From: Mobula hypostoma
Taxonomy: Eukaryota
DNA: 64,000 bases
Direction: 5' to 3'
Assembly (NCBI RefSeq): GCF_963921235.1
Contig: NC_086097.1
Coordinates: forward strand, 213,034,001 to 213,098,000
A program made the translations under genes and the position numbers. Below are positions 36,563-50,965 of the stretch, piece by piece (the first letter of the stretch is position 1; every line of letters starts with the position of its first letter). The notes beneath the pieces are model-generated. The model was not told the origin of the DNA, did no database searches, and saw only the letters and a program-made list of their open reading frames with translations.

Positions 36563-39402
36563 AGGCAAATTTGTAGCCATTGGGATGAGTTTCAGTGCAA
36601 TAAAGTTGCAGTGAAATCAAAGCGAAAAGTACCAAGTACTGGTCTTAAGGTGTTATAATTAAATGCACGCAGCATAAGGAATAAGGTGGATGATCTTGTT
36701 GTACAGCTACAGATTGGCAGGTATGATATTGTGGCCATCACTGAGACGTGGCTAAAGGATGCATGTCTCTGGGAGCTGAACGTCCAAGGATACACGGTGT
36801 ATCGGAAGGATAGGAAGGTAGGCAGAGGGGGAGGCGTGGCTTTATTGGTAAGAAATGATATTAAATCATTAGAAAGAGGTGAAATAGGATCAGAAGGTGC
36901 ACAATCTTTATGGGTTGAGCTAAGAAATCGCAGGGGTAAAAGGACCCTGATGGCAGTTATTTATAGGCCTCCAAACAGCTGCAGAGAGAATTTATAGAAT
37001 GTCTGCGAGATGGCTTTTTAGAACAGCTTGTTGTTGAGCCCACTAGGGGATCGGCTGTACTGGATTGGGTATTGTGTAATGAACCGGAGGTGATTAGAGA
37101 GATTGAGGTGAAGGAACCCTTAGGAGGCAGTGATCATAACATGATTGAGTTCACTGTGAAATTTGAAAAAGAGAAGCTGAAATCTGATATGTCGGTATTC
37201 CAGTGGAGTAAAGGAAATTACAGTGGCATGAGAGAGGAACTGGCCTAAGTTGACTGGAAAGGGACACTGGCAGGAAAGAGGGCAGAGCAGCAGTGGCTGG
37301 AGTTTATGCGAGAAGTGAGGAAGGTGCAAGACAGGTATATTCCAAAAAAGAAGAAATTTTCGAATGGAAAAAGGATGCAACAGTGGTTGACAAGAGAAGT
37401 CAAAGCCAAAGTTAAAGCAAAGGAGTGGGCATACAACGAAGCAAAAATTAGTGGGAAGACAGAGGATTGGGAAGTTTTTAAAAGCTTACAAAAGGAAACT
37501 AAGACGGTCATTAAGAGGGAAAAGATTAACTATGAAAGGAAGCTAGCAAATAATATCAAAGAGAATACTAAAAGCTTTTTCAAGTATATAAAGAGTAAAA
37601 GACAGGTGAGAGTAGATATAGGACTGATAGAAAATGATGCTGGAGAAATTGTAATGGGAGATAAGGAGATGGCAGAGGAACTGAACGAGTATATTGCATC
37701 AGTCTTCACTGAGGAAGACATCAGCAATATACCGGACACTCAAGGGTGGCAGGGAAGAGAAGTGTGCGCAGTCACAATTACGACAGAGAAAGTACTCAGG
37801 AAGCTGAATAGTCTAAAGGTAGATGAATCTCCCGGACCAGATGGAATGCACCCGCGTGTTCTGAAGGAAGTAGCTGTGGAGATTGTGGAGGCATTAGCGA
37901 TGATCTTTCAAAAGTCGATAGATTCTGGCATGGTTCCAGAGGACTGGAAGATTGCAAATGTCACTCCACTATTTAAGAAAGGGGCAAGGAAGCAGAAAGG
38001 AAATTATAGACCTGTTAGCTTGACATCGGTGGTTGGGAAGTTGTTGGAGTCGATTGTCAAGGATGAGGTTACAGAGTACCTGGAGGCATATGACAAGATA
38101 GGCAGAACTCAGCATGGATTCCTTAAAGGAAAATCCTGCCTGACAAACCTATTACAATTTTTTTAAGGAAATTACCAGTAGGCTAGACAAGGGAGATGCA
38201 GTGGATGTTGTATATTTGGATTTTCAGAAGGCCTTTGACAAGGTGCCTCACATGAGGCTACTTAACAAGATAAGAGCCCATGGAATTATGGGAAAGTTAC
38301 ATACGTGGCTAGAGCATTGGTTGATTGGCAGGAAACAAAGAGTGGGAATAAAGGGATCCTATTCTGGTTGGCTTCCAGTTACCAGTGGTGTTCCACAGGG
38401 GTCCGTGTTGGGGCCGCTTCTTTTTACATTGTACATCAACGATTTGGATTATGGCTTTGTGGCTAAGTTTGCTGATGATACGAAGATAGGTGGAGGGGCC
38501 AGTAGTGCTGAGGAAACGGAGAGTCTGCAGAGAGACTTGGATAGATTGGAAGACTGGGCAAAGAAGTGGCAAATGAAGTACAATATTGGAAAGTGTATGG
38601 TTATGCACTTTGGCAGAAGTAATAAACGGGCAGACTAAGTGGGGAAAGTGGGGAAAGAATTCAAAATTCTGATTTGCAACGGGACTTGGGAGTCCTCGTA
38701 CAGGATACCCTTAAGGTTAACCTCCAGGTTGAGTCGGTAGTGAAGAAGATGATTGCAATGTTGGCATTCATTTCTAGAGGAATAGAGTATAGGAGCAGGG
38801 ATGTGATGTTGAGGCTCTATAAGGCGCTGGTGAGACCTCACTTGGAGTACTGTGGGCAGTTTTGGTCTCCTTATTTAAGAAAGGATGTGCTGACATTGAA
38901 GAGGGTACAGAGAAGATTCACTAGAATGATTCTGGGAATGAGAGGATTAACATATGAGGAACGTTTGTCTGCTCTTGGACTGTATTCCTTGGAGTTTAGA
39001 AGAATGAGGGGAGACCTTATAGAAACATTTAGAATGTTGAAAGGCATGGACAGAGTGGATGTGGCAAAGTTGTTTCCCATGATGAGGGAGTCTAGTACCT
39101 GAGGGCATGACTTAAGGATTAAAGGGCGCCCATTCAGAACAGAGATGCAAAGAAATTTTTTTAGTCAGAGGGTGGTGAATCTATGGAATTTGTTGCCACG
39201 GGCGGCAGTGGAGGCCAAGTCATTGGGTGTATTTAAGGCAGAGATTGATAGGTATCTGAGTGGCCAGGGCATCAAGGGTTATGGTGAGAAGGTGGGGGAG
39301 TGGGACTAGATGGGAGAATGGATCAGCTCATGATCAAATGGCGGAGCAGACTCAATGGGCCGAATGGATGACTTCTGCTCCTTTGTCTTATGGTCTTATG
39401 GT
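36563..39402 (+). mobile_element. Duplicate of CR1 31592-34431
   Basis: Identical translated ORFs. Confidence 0.95.
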
Positions 39403-40293
39403 TAGACACAACTAAAAATGGATTCAATGAACTGGAGCTATCTGGTTGTTAACATACACAAGAGGTTGTATGCTTACGCAAGTTAGCATATGGGTTAAAA
39501 TAGCCCTAAGTAATGTACAAAATGCTACAAGGCATCCAAATTGTATCAACAGCCAAAGTTAAATCGTTATTGTCTCAGAAATCAAATAAAAGCACTTGAA
39601 GATGTTGAAGGGGATATTGGCAAGTTACAAAAACACAATGTATATTTGTAAAAGATCAGATAGGAATTATGGCGCCTAAAGTTGTCTACGTGGGATTCCA
39701 ATTCAGTAAACCTGTCAACATACTGGTCTGGAAATAGGTGGTGACTGTATTGGATGTTTAGTAATTTTCTTGTCAGAAATGTGCACAAGCAAGATAAGCA
39801 TCACTAAAGCATCACTGTATGTTGCGTAAACAGTGAATCATAAATTCAAGTGTTTATACTGTACTTAGTTTTGAGGTTGCGTCAGGTACTTTTTAAACAA
39901 AATAAGTGTCAGATACGTTTTAACAGAATATTTATGTAATCAAATTATTTTGTAATATAAATGTGAATTATTGCATTTTAGCTTAATGGAGAAATATAAT
40001 GGTTGCCATTCAAAGATTATTACTGAGTGCAAAACAGTTTGACATTACCGTGGGGATGTACAGATGATAGCGGCATCATAGACATGACATGTTTAATATG
40101 CATGTAATCTATTTGCCAAAACGAGACAAATTTCCACTGAGCAATTACTGCCTGAGCTTCTCGCTGATTTACCAATACATCTACAACTCTGAACATTCAA
40201 TGGAGCACTTAAAGTAAACTTACTTCTCTTAAAGCAAGGCATGCATTATATTCTGTAAGATAATCAATGAGTATACTGTGTTATAGACAATAG

Positions 40294-42872
40294 TCATAGT
40301 CATAGTCATAGTCATACTTTATTGATCCCGGGGGAAATTGGTTTTCGTTACAGTTGCACCATAAATAATTAAATAATAATAAAACCATAAATAGTCAAAT
40401 AGTAATATGTAAATTATGCCAGGAAATAAGTCCAGGACCCGCCTATTGGCTCAGGGTGTCTGACCCTCCAAGGGAGGAGTTGTAAAGTTTGATGGCCACA
40501 GGCAGGAATGACCTCCTATGACGCTCTGTATTGCATCTCGGTGGAATGAGTCTCTGGCTGAATGTGTCCTGTGCCCAACCAGTACGTTACGTAGTGGGTG
40601 GAAGACATTGTCCAAGATGGCATGCAACTTGGACAGCATCTTCTTATCAGACACCACCATCAGAGAGTCCAGTTCCATCCCCACAACATCACTGGCTTTA
40701 CAAATGAGTTTGTTGATTCTGTTGGTGTCTGCTACCCTCAGCCTGCTGCCTCAACACACAACAGCAAATATGATCGCACTGGCCACCACAGACTCATAGA
40801 ACATCCTCAGCATCGTCCGGCAGATGTTAAAGGACCTCAGTCTCCTCAGGAAATAGAGACGGCTCTGACCCTTCTTGTAGACAGCCTCAGTGTTCTTTGA
40901 CCAGTCCAGTTTATTGTCAATTCGTATCCCCAGGTATTTGTAATCCTCCACCATGTCCACCCTGACCCCCTGGATGGAAACAGGGGTCACCGGTACCTTA
41001 GCTCTCCTCAGGTCTACCACCAGCTCCTTAGTTTTTTTCACATTAAGCTCCAGGTAATTCTGGTCACACCATGTGACAAAGTTTCCTACCGTAGCCCTGT
41101 ACTCAGCCTCATCTCCCTTGCTGATGCATCCAACTATGGTAGAGTCATCAGAAAACTTCTGAAGATGACAAGACTCTGTGCAGTAGTTGAAGTCCGAAGT
41201 GTAAATGGTGACGAGAAAGGGAGACCAGACAGTCCCTTGTGGAGCCACAGTGCTGCTGATCAGTCTGTCGGACACACAGTGTTGCAAGCACATGTACTGT
41301 GGTCTGCCAGTCAGGTAATCAAGAATCCATGACACCAGGAAAACATCCACCTGCATCGCTGTCAGCTTCTCCCCCAGCAGAGCAGGGCGGATGGTGTTGA
41401 ACGCACTGGAGAAGTCAAAAAACATGACCTTCACAGTGCTCGCTGGCTTGTCCAGGCGGGCATAGACATGGTTCAGCAGGTAGACGATGGCATCCTCAAT
41501 TCCTAGTCGGGGCTGGTAGGCGAACTGGAGGGGATCTAAGTGCAGCCTGACCATAGGCCGGAGCAGCTCCAGAACAAGGCTCTCCAGGGTCTTCATGATG
41601 TGGGAGGTCAATGCCACCGGTCTATAGTCATTGAGGCCGCTGGGGCGCGGCGTCTTTGGCACAGGGACGAGGCAGGACGTCTTCCACAGCACAGGAACCC
41701 TCCGGAGCCTCAGGCTCAGGTTGAAGACATGGTGAAGTACTCCACATAGCTGAGGGGCACAGGCTTTGAGCACCCTGGTACTGACACCATCCGGTCCTGC
41801 AGCCTTGCTTGGGTTGAGACGTTTCAGCTGTCTTCTCACCTGTTCAGCTGTGAAGCCCACCGTGGTGGTTTCGTGTGGGGAAGGGGTATAGTCATGAGAG
41901 CAGGGTGGGGGACTGTGAGGAGGGGTAGGAGGGGAGGGTGGAATATGTGTTGGTTAGGAGCCGACAGCAGATGACTCATGTGGGGGATGGGCAGGGCCCA
42001 CAGTGTCAAATCTGTTAAAGAACAGGTTAAGTTCATTGGCCCTGTCCACACTGCCTTCAGCTCCTCTGTTGCTAGTTTGCCGGAACCCAGTGATGGTCCT
42101 CATCCCCATCCAGACCTCTCTTATGTTGTTCTGCTGGAGTTTCCACTCAAGCTTCCTCCTGTACCTGTCTTTAGCCTCCCTGATCCTGGCTTTCAGGTCC
42201 CTCTGTATGGCCCTCAGCTCCTCCCTATTTCCATCTCTAAACGCCCTCTTTTTAGCATTCAGGATGTCCTTAATGTCCTTTGTTACCCATGGCTTGTTAT
42301 TTGAATAACAAAGGACAGTTCTTGTCGGAACATTGCAGTCCACACAGAAGTTGATGTAATCAGTGATGCACTCTGTGAGCCCATCAATATCCTCTCCATG
42401 TGGCTCACAGAGTGCCTGCCAGTCTGTCACCTCAAAACAACCCTGGAGCGCCTCATAAGCCTCCTCTGACCATTTCCTCACTGTCCTCGAGGTTGCAGGT
42501 TTACTCTTCACCAGAGGCATGGAGCAGGGTTTTAGATGCACCAGGTTGTGATCTGACCTTCCCATTGGGGGGAGGGGAGAGGAGCTGTACGCATCCTTAA
42601 CGTTAGCGTACATCAAATCCAGAGTCCTCTCCCCTCTGGTTGTGCAGCTCACATACTGCGTGAAGTTGGGCAGTGTTCTAGCCATGGTAACATGGTTGAA
42701 GTCACCCGAGATGGTAATGAGGGCACTTCGGTGCTGGGTTTGTAATCTGGCAATGATGGTGTAAATGATGTTACACGCCGACGTCGGGTTGGCAGAGGGA
42801 GGGATGTATACAACAACCACAATTGCATGTGAGATTTCCCTTGACAAATAATATGGCCAGAGTCCAACAGCA
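40294..42872 (-). mobile_element. Rex1/Babar-type LINE (partial APE plus RT), 11-bp TSD
   Basis: ORFs 41954-42955 (VYIPP, GDFN, SDH) and 40751-41860 (DYRPVALTS, DFSSAF, PQG, FSDD); (ATGACT)n tail; TSD ATAGACAATAG at 40283-40293 and 42873-42883. Confidence 0.93.
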
Positions 42873-44742
42873 ATAGACAATAGGTGCAGGAGTAGGCCAT
42901 TCGGCCCTTGGAGCCAACACCGCCATTCACTGTGATCATGGCTGATCATCCACAATCAGCACCCTGTTCCTGCTTTCTCCCCATATCCCTTGACTCCACT
43001 ATCATTAAGAGCTCTATCTAACTCTTTCTTAAAAGCATCCAGAGAATTGGCCTCCGCTACCTTCTGAGGCAGAGCATTCCACAGATCCACAACTCTCTGG
43101 GTGAAAAAGTTTTTCCTCAACTCCATTCTAAATGGCCTACCCCATTCTCAAATTGTGGCCTTTGGTTCTGGACTCCCCCAACATCGGAAACATGTTTCCT
43201 GCCTCTAGCGTGTCCAATCCCTTAATAATTTTATATGTTTCAATCAGATTCCCTCTCATCCTTCTAAATTCCAGTGTATATAAGCCCAGTCGCTCCAATC
43301 TTTCAATATATGACAGTCCCGCCATCGCCGGAATTAACCTTGTGAACATCCGCTGCACTCCCTCAATAGCAAGAATGTCCTTCCTCAAATTTGGAGACCA
43401 AAACTGTACACAATACTCCAGGTGTGGTCTCACCAGGGTCCTGTACAACTGCAGAAGGACCTCTTTGCTCCTATACTCAATTCCCCTTGTTATGAAGGCC
43501 AACATGCCATTAGCTTTCTTCACTGCCTGCTGTACCTGCATGCTTACTCTCAGTGACTGATGAACAAGGAAACCTAGATCTCGTTTTACTTCCCCTTTTC
43601 CTAACTTGACACCATTCAGATAGTAATCTGCCTTCCTGTTCTTGTCACCAAAGTGGATAACCTCACGTTTATCCACATTAAACTGCATCTGCCATGCATC
43701 TGCCCACTCACCCAACCTGTCCAAGTCATCTTGCATTATCTCAACATCCTCCGCATACTTCACACTGCCACCCAGCTTTGTGTCACCTGCAAATTTGCTA
43801 ATGTTACTTTTAATCCCTTCAGCTAAATCATTAATGCATATTGTAAATAGCTGCAGTCTCAGCACCGAGCCTTGCGGTACCCCACTAGTCACTGCCTGCC
43901 ATTCTGAAAGGGACCTGTTAATCCCTACTCTTTGTTTCCCATCTGCCAACCAATTTTCTATCCATGTCAGTACCCTACCCCCAATACCATGTGCTCTAAT
44001 TTTGCCCACTAATCTCCTATGTGGGACCTTATCAAAGGCTTTCTGGAAGTCCATGTATACTACATCCACTGGCTCTCCCTTGTCCATTTTCTTAGTTACG
44101 TCCTCAAAAAATTCCAGAAAATTAGTCAAGCATGATTTCCCCTTCATAAATCCATGCTGACTCGAACCGATCCTGTTACTGCTATCCAAATGTGTCGCTA
44201 TTTCATCCTTTATAATTGACTCCAGCATCTTCCCCACCACTGATGTCAGGCTAACTGGTCTATAATTCCCTGTTTTCTCTCTCCCTCCATTCTTAAAAAG
44301 TGGGATAACATTAGCTACCCTCCAGTCCTCTGGAACTGATCCTGAATCTATAGAACATTGGAAAATAATTACCAATGCGTCCACGATTTCTAGAGTCACC
44401 TCCTTAAGTACCCTGGGATGCAGACCATCAGGCCCTGGGGATTTATCAGCCTTCAGTCCCATCAGTCTATCCAACACCATTTTCTGCCTCATGTGAACCT
44501 CCTTCAGTTCCACTGTTACCCTAGGTCCTCCGGCCACTATTACATCTGGGAGATTGTTTGTGTCTTCCCTAGTGAAGACAGATCCAAAGTACCTGTTCAA
44601 CTCCTCTGCCATTTCCTTGTTCCCCATAATAAGTTCACCTGTTTCTGTCTTCAAGGGCCCAACTTTGGTCTTAACTAATTTTTTCCTCTTCACATACCTA
44701 AAGAAGCTTTTACTATCCTCCTTTATATTCTTGGCTAGCTTG
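42873..44742 (-). mobile_element. CR1 LINE 3' portion with a 518-aa open RT frame
   Basis: ORF 43137-44693 with CR1 RT motifs (FAGD in place of FADD); (CTATTGT)n tail. Confidence 0.95.
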
Positions 44743-45145
44743 TTATCTCACTTTCCCTTTCAAAGGGTGCACAGAAAGTCCAGTTTAGAGAAAATCAAAA
44801 CAAAATTTATGGACTCATTTTGTAAACAAATGTCACGTTACATGCCGGTGATAATAAACTTGATTCTGATTCTTAACATACGGTGTTCCACATACAGCAC
44901 CAATGTTCAGTACTGGCTTATGGACCTAAGAGTTGTCCCAATATGTGGGACAATATGGAAAAGCTCACTGCCAGCTCATTTTCTTTTGCAGCAAAATAAC
45001 AGCGTTCAACAGCTTACTTATGCATATGGTCATTGTTATGGACTGAAAAGAGGGACTTTTGTCCAGTTGTCTGTTTATGGCATCACTATTAGAATCCTTG
45101 AACCAAACATAAACTATTCATAAAAAGACAGCATTATATAGCACA

Positions 45146-45715
45146 GTGGTGTTTCACAAGGGCCTGCTCCTTGTGATTTTTATAAATGACTTGGATGAGG
45201 AAGTGGAAGGGTGGGTTAGTAAATTTACAGATGACACGAAGGTTGTTGGTGGTGTGAATAGTATCAAAGATTATTTAGGTTACGATGGGACGTTGATAGG
45301 ATGCAGAGGTGGATGTAGAAGTGGCAGATGGAGTCAAATCTGGCAAACTGTGAAGTGATTCAATCTGAAAGATCAAACTTGAAGGCAGAGTACAGGGTTA
45401 ATGGCAGGATTCGTGACAGTCTGGAGGAACAGGGAGATATTAGGATTCATATCCATAGATCACTCAAAGCTGCTGTGCAAGTTGATAAGATGGTTAAGAA
45501 GAAATATGGTGTGTTGGCCTTCATTAGTCATAGGATTGAGTAGCAGGGCCACAGGGTAATGTTGCCGCTTGATAAAACTCTGGTTAGACCACACTTGAAA
45601 TATAGTACTCAGTTCTGGCTGCTTCATTATGGAAAGGATGTGGAAGCTTTAGAGAAGGTGCAGAGGTGACTTACCAGGATGTTGACTGGATTGGAAGGCA
45701 TATCTCATGGGGAAA
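45146..45715 (+). mobile_element. CR1 RT fragment
   Basis: FINDLD..SKFTDDTKV. Confidence 0.8.
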
Positions 45716-46029
45716 TATCTTGTAAGAATGGCAGATGGAGAGAGATATAAGGTAAAGCACTATGATGTACCACCCAGATTCTTCGATCACTTTCACTTGC
45801 TGATGCTTTCAAATATGTTTCTGTTGTACGACATACTTTCTAACAAAGATCCTTTCAGTTTTAGGCAGTTTTAGTTTTAGGCTCTGGTGACTTATTTCAC
45901 CCACCAAAAGTCACAGTATATCAGTGTTGAAAGAAGGATACTCGGTCATAAGATATGGCAATGGTGAGCTCAGGTAAAAAAAAGGTTGTGGTAAAATATG
46001 CATTGAGCTCCCTTACACAAACCAGACAC

Positions 46030-46695
46030 TTCCTTAGGAGTTTGTGAAGATTCGGTATGACTTCTAAATCTTTGACAAACTTCTATAGATGTGTGGTGGC
46101 GAGTATATTGACTGGTTGTATCACAGCCTGGTATGGAAACACCAATGTCCTTGAACAGCAAAACCTACAAAAAGTAGTGGATACAGCCCAGTCTATCACG
46201 GGTCAAGCCCTCCCCATTATTGAGCACATCTAAATGGAGCGTTTTTGCAGGAAAGCAGCATCCGTCATCAGGGACACCCACCAGCCAGGTCATGCTCTCT
46301 TCTCACTGCTGCCATCAGGAAGAAGGTACAGGAGCTTTAGGACTCATATCACCAGGTTCAGAAGCAGTTAATACCCCTCAACCATTAGGCTCTTGAACCA
46401 AAGGAGATAACATCACTCAACTTCATCCCCCCATTATTGAAATGTTCCCACAACCAGTGGACTCACTTTCAAGTACTCTTTATCTCATGTTTAATTTTTT
46501 TTATTATAATTATTATTTCTTTTTTTGTATTTGCATAGTTTGTTGTCTTTTTCACACTGGTTGAACACCCATGTTGGTGCAGTCTTTCATTGTTATTATT
46601 CTATATGGATTTATTGAGTATCCCCTCAAGAAAATTAATCTCAGGTTTGTACATGGTGACATATATGTACTTCAATAATAAATTTAGTTTGAAGT
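46030..46695 (+). mobile_element. Rex1/Babar-related LINE 3' fragment
   Basis: Homologous to 8165-8790 (GHALFSLLPSGRRYRS). Confidence 0.75.
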
Positions 46696-46808
46696 TTTAT
46701 TGTCAAACAGTTCACTCAAATTCCAAGAATAAACATTAAATCTGGAACTCTAATGCTTAAATTGGTTTCGTGATAGCAACATTTCTGAATCAATATTTGT
46801 CATAATGA

Positions 46809-46926
46809 CGCAAACGACAGGAATTCTGCAGATGCTGGAAATTCAAGTAACACACATAAAAGTTGCAGGTCTTCCTAGAGATGCTGCCTGGCCTGCTGCG
46901 TTCACCAGCAACTTTTATGTGTGTTG
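46809..46926. mobile_element. 118-bp PLE terminal-repeat mini-insertion with internal inversion and 13-bp TSD
   Basis: TSD TTTGTCATAATGA at 46796-46808 and 46927-46939; halves match the 14333-14425 region in opposite orientations. Confidence 0.85.
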
Positions 46927-47919
46927 TTTGTCATAATGAGCCTTTTTGCAAAAAACATGTAAAGTTAAATACAATCAAACATAACTGATTCATAACATAC
47001 ATGGACATACCTGTTGTCAAGATTTCATTCACCAAACCATTTTTTAAAAGTATCATGCAATTTGCCATCTTGCTACACTTTTACTTTAAGAAATGAAAAT
47101 TAAGCACATTGCAGTGTGGGTTGAAGCATAACATTGTAAAGAAATAGTGAGCCAGATGGAGATCAGGAATTTCATTGCTCTTTTGAAGAAGAGTATAAAA
47201 GTTATCTCTCCTGACCTGGCCCATACTTTTATTCCTCAATCAGCATTACCAACCAGATTAAATGTTCAACATCACCGTTCAACTGCCATGTATAATTCTG
47301 GCTGTTGTGTTTCCTCCATTACAAACAACAGCTGTAGCTGTAAAGTATAAATATCGCTGTTTGCAAAGTGCTTTAGAATGATTGGAAGTGATAAAAATGT
47401 TACATAAATAGGCAGTGAGACTACCTTTCTTTAAACAAATGGGTAAGATTTTGACAGGTGGCGTCAATGAGGCAATCGTCCATTTCGGTTTACTTCAGCT
47501 CCATGGCTAAGAAATATGACACAGCATACTTTTCTGAGAAGCTGGAAACTGTGTAGGCCCAAATGGAATTCATTCCAAAGGTCATTAAAATACCACGGCA
47601 TGTTGCAGAAAATAATTAAAAGGGCTGAGAGAATGCTGGCTCTAAATCTGAGAAAGTAGAATACAAGAGTAAAAGTTGGACCACAGTTCTGGTTAGATTA
47701 CACCTGTTGTGAGCAATTCTGGCCTCAATGCTTACATTGTGTAAAAGAGGTATAAAGAGCGAATGTTGCACAGATTTATCTGAACACTGCCTGGATTCCA
47801 ACGTTAAAAATGTTGATAATGGCTTATTTTCTTGGGAAGCAACAAGTGAAGATATAGCAACATTTTTATTAAGATCTTATTTGTTATTTGTTCATCTTTA
47901 TCTGTTAGTAGTGTCATGA

Positions 47920-50900
47920 GAATGGCTCCAGGGGCAGCGTTTTGTACTGTGTGTAGGATGTGGGAAGTCTGGGAGACATCAGAAGAACACGTCTACACCA
48001 GGTGCACCGAGCTGCAACTCCTGAGAGAAGGTATTAAGGAACTGGAGCTGCAGTTCACATGGGAGAATGAGGGGTGATAGATAGGAGCTACAGGAGGTCG
48101 TCACTCCAAGATTGCCCGAGACAGGTAACTGGGTGACTGTCTGGAGAAGAAGAGGAAATGCACAGCCAGTGCAGACTAAACCTGTGGCCGTTCCCTTCAA
48201 TAATAAGTTTACAATCTTAAATAATATTGAGGAGGAAGACTTACCGTGGGGTTGGGTGGGGAGCGCCACAGTGACCAGATCTCAGGCACCGAGTCTGGTG
48301 CTGTGGCTCAGGAACGCAGAGAGGTGAAGAGGACTGCAATATTGATAGGAGATCTCCTAGTCAGAGGAACAGAGATGAGGTTCTGTGGGCAAGATACTGA
48401 CATCCAGATGGTATGTTGCCTCCCAGGTGCCAGGGACAGGGATGTCTTAGATTGGGTCCATTGGATTCTCAAGGAGGGAGAGCAGCCAAAAGTCTTGGTA
48501 CATATTGGCACCAACGACATAGGTAGACAAGGTGAGGAGGTCCTGAAGAGAGATTTTAAGGAGCCAGGTAGAAAACTGAGAAACAGGACCTCAAGCGTAG
48601 TAATTCTGGATTGCTGCCTATGCCATGTGCCATGTGCCTGTGAGGGTGAGAATAGAATGATCTGGCAGATGATTGTGTGCCTGAGGAACTGGTGCAAGGA
48701 GCAGGAGTTCAGATTTTTGGATCATTGGGATTTCTTCTGTGGAAGGTATGACATGTACAAAATAGACAGGTTACACCTGAATCAGAGGGGTCCAATATCC
48801 TTGCAGGCAGGTTGGCTAGAATTGTTCGGGAGGGTTTAAACTGATTTGGCAGTATGATGGAAAGTGGAGTGATAGTGCTAAGATGAGGTCACTGGTTTAC
48901 AAACAGAAGTAACATGTAGTGAGACTCCTAGCAAGGAGAGGCTGATAATAGTGCAAAATTGCAGTCAACAGGATCAGTTGCAACAGAAAAGGCAGACAAA
49001 ATTGAAAAGAGTGAATACAGAACTAAAGGTGTTATATTTAAATGCACATAGTATATGGAATAAGGTAGATGAACTTGGCACACGGTTACAGATTGGCAAG
49101 TATGTTGGTGTGGGCATCATTGAATCATGGCTGAAAGATTACAGCTGGGAGCTTAATGTCCAAGGCTACACATTGTATCGAAAAGACAGACAGGAAGCAG
49201 AGGGGGTGGTGTTGCTTTGTTGGTAAAAAATGAAATCAAATCATCAGAGAGGGGTGACAAAGGATTCTTAATGTGTTGAATCATTGTGGACAGAGCCAAG
49301 GAACTGTAAGGGTAAAAGGAACGTGATGGCAGTTGTATACAGATTCCCAAATACTAGTAAGGATGTGGCCTACAAGTTACACCGGAAGATAGAAAATGCA
49401 TGCCAAAAGGGAAATACGACAATTGTTATGGGGTAAATTCAGTTCGCAGGTAGATTGGGAAAATCAGGTTGGTACTGGATCACTAGGGGGGAATTTATAA
49501 AATGCCTATTAGATGGCTTTTTAGAGCAACTTGTGGTTGAGCCCACTAGGGAATCACTTATTCTAGAATGGGTGTTGTGCAATCAACTGGAATTGATCAG
49601 AGAGACTAAGGTGAAGTGATCATAATACGATCCAATTCACCCTGAAACTTCAGAAGAAGCTAAAGTGGAGTAAAGGAAATTACAGAGCATGAGAGAGGAG
49701 TTGGCCAGAATTGACTGGAAAAGAACACTGGCAGGGATGACAGCAATGGCTAGAATTTCTGGAAGCAATTCAGAAGACTCAAGATATATACATTTCAAAG
49801 AGGAAGACGTATTCTAAAGATAAGATGATACAACTGTGGCTAACAAGATAAGTCAAAGCCAACATAAAAGCCAAAGAGAGAGCATATAATAGAGCAAAAG
49901 TTAGTGAGAAGTTAGAGGATTGGGAATCTTTCAAATACAAACAGAAGGCAATTAAAAAGTCATTAAGAAGGTAAAGATGGAATATGAAAGTAAGCTAGCC
50001 AATAATATTAAAGAAGATACCAAAAGTTTCTTCAGAAAAATAGATTGTAAAAGAGAAGCGAGAGGATGTCAGACTACTGGGAAATAATGCTGGGGAGATA
50101 GTTATGGGGAACAAGGAAATGACAGACAAATTGAATAAGCATTCTGCGTCAGTCTTCACTGTGAAAGACACTAAGCAGTATGGTGGAAATTTGAGAGTGT
50201 CAGCGAGCAGAAGTGTGTGAAATTGCCATTATCAGGGAGAAAGTTCTTGGAAACTGAAAGGTCTGAAGATAGATGTCACCTGGACCAGATGGTGTACATC
50301 CCAGGGTTCTGAAAGAGATGGCTGAAGAGATTGTGGAATTGAATTAAATTGAATTGACTTTATTACTTACATCCTTCATGTACATGAGGAGTAAAAATCC
50401 TCATTAGGCTTTAGTAATGATCTTTCAAGAATCACTGGATTCTGGAATAGTTCCAGAAGACTGGACAATCGCAAATGTCAATCTTGCCTGACAAATATGT
50501 TGGAATTCTTTGAAGAAATAACAAGAGGGATAGACAAAGAGAGTCAGTTGATGTTGTGTACTTGGATTTTCAGAAGTGCCACACGTGAGGCTGCTTAACA
50601 AATTTCACCCCGTGGTATTACAGGAAAGACCTTAGCTGATTGGCAGGAGGGAAAGAGTGGGAATAAAGGAAGCCTTTCCTGGTTGACTGCCAGTGACTGC
50701 GCTGGGACTGATTTTTTTTTACCTTAGAGTCAATGATGGAATAAGACAAATGGATGACGGAACTGATGGCTTTATTGCAAAGTTTGCAGAGGATATGAAA
50801 ATAGGTAGAGTGGCAGGTAGTTTTGAGGAAGTAGAGAGGCTACGGAAGGATTTGGATGGATGAGGAGAATGGGCAAAGAAATGGCAGATGGAATACAGTG

Positions 50901-50965
50901 TTGAGAAGCGTATAGCCATGCACTTTGGTAGAAGAAATGAAAGGATTGACTATTTTCTAAATAGT
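47920..50965 (+). mobile_element. Degenerate CR1 LINE including ORF1 (Cys motif plus SGNH esterase)
   Basis: ORF 48246-48839 (IGDLLVRG, CCLPGA, HIGTNDI, DRLHLN), followed by APE and RT remnants. Confidence 0.88.

Larger units (their letters stand above)
29994..39734. repeat. Near-exact 4.77-kb direct duplication (29994-34763 and 34964-39734) around an assembly gap
   Basis: Identical ORF sets offset by 4971; the only difference I noticed is poly-C length (14 vs 15). Confidence 0.97.

Noticed and set aside
43642..45123. 172-aa and 189-aa plus-strand ORFs
   Set aside because: Antisense shadows of the CR1 RT frame, as with many other short ORFs overlapping LINEs.
48246..48839. Host GDSL/SGNH esterase gene
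   Set aside because: It is CR1 ORF1, directly upstream of APE and RT remnants.
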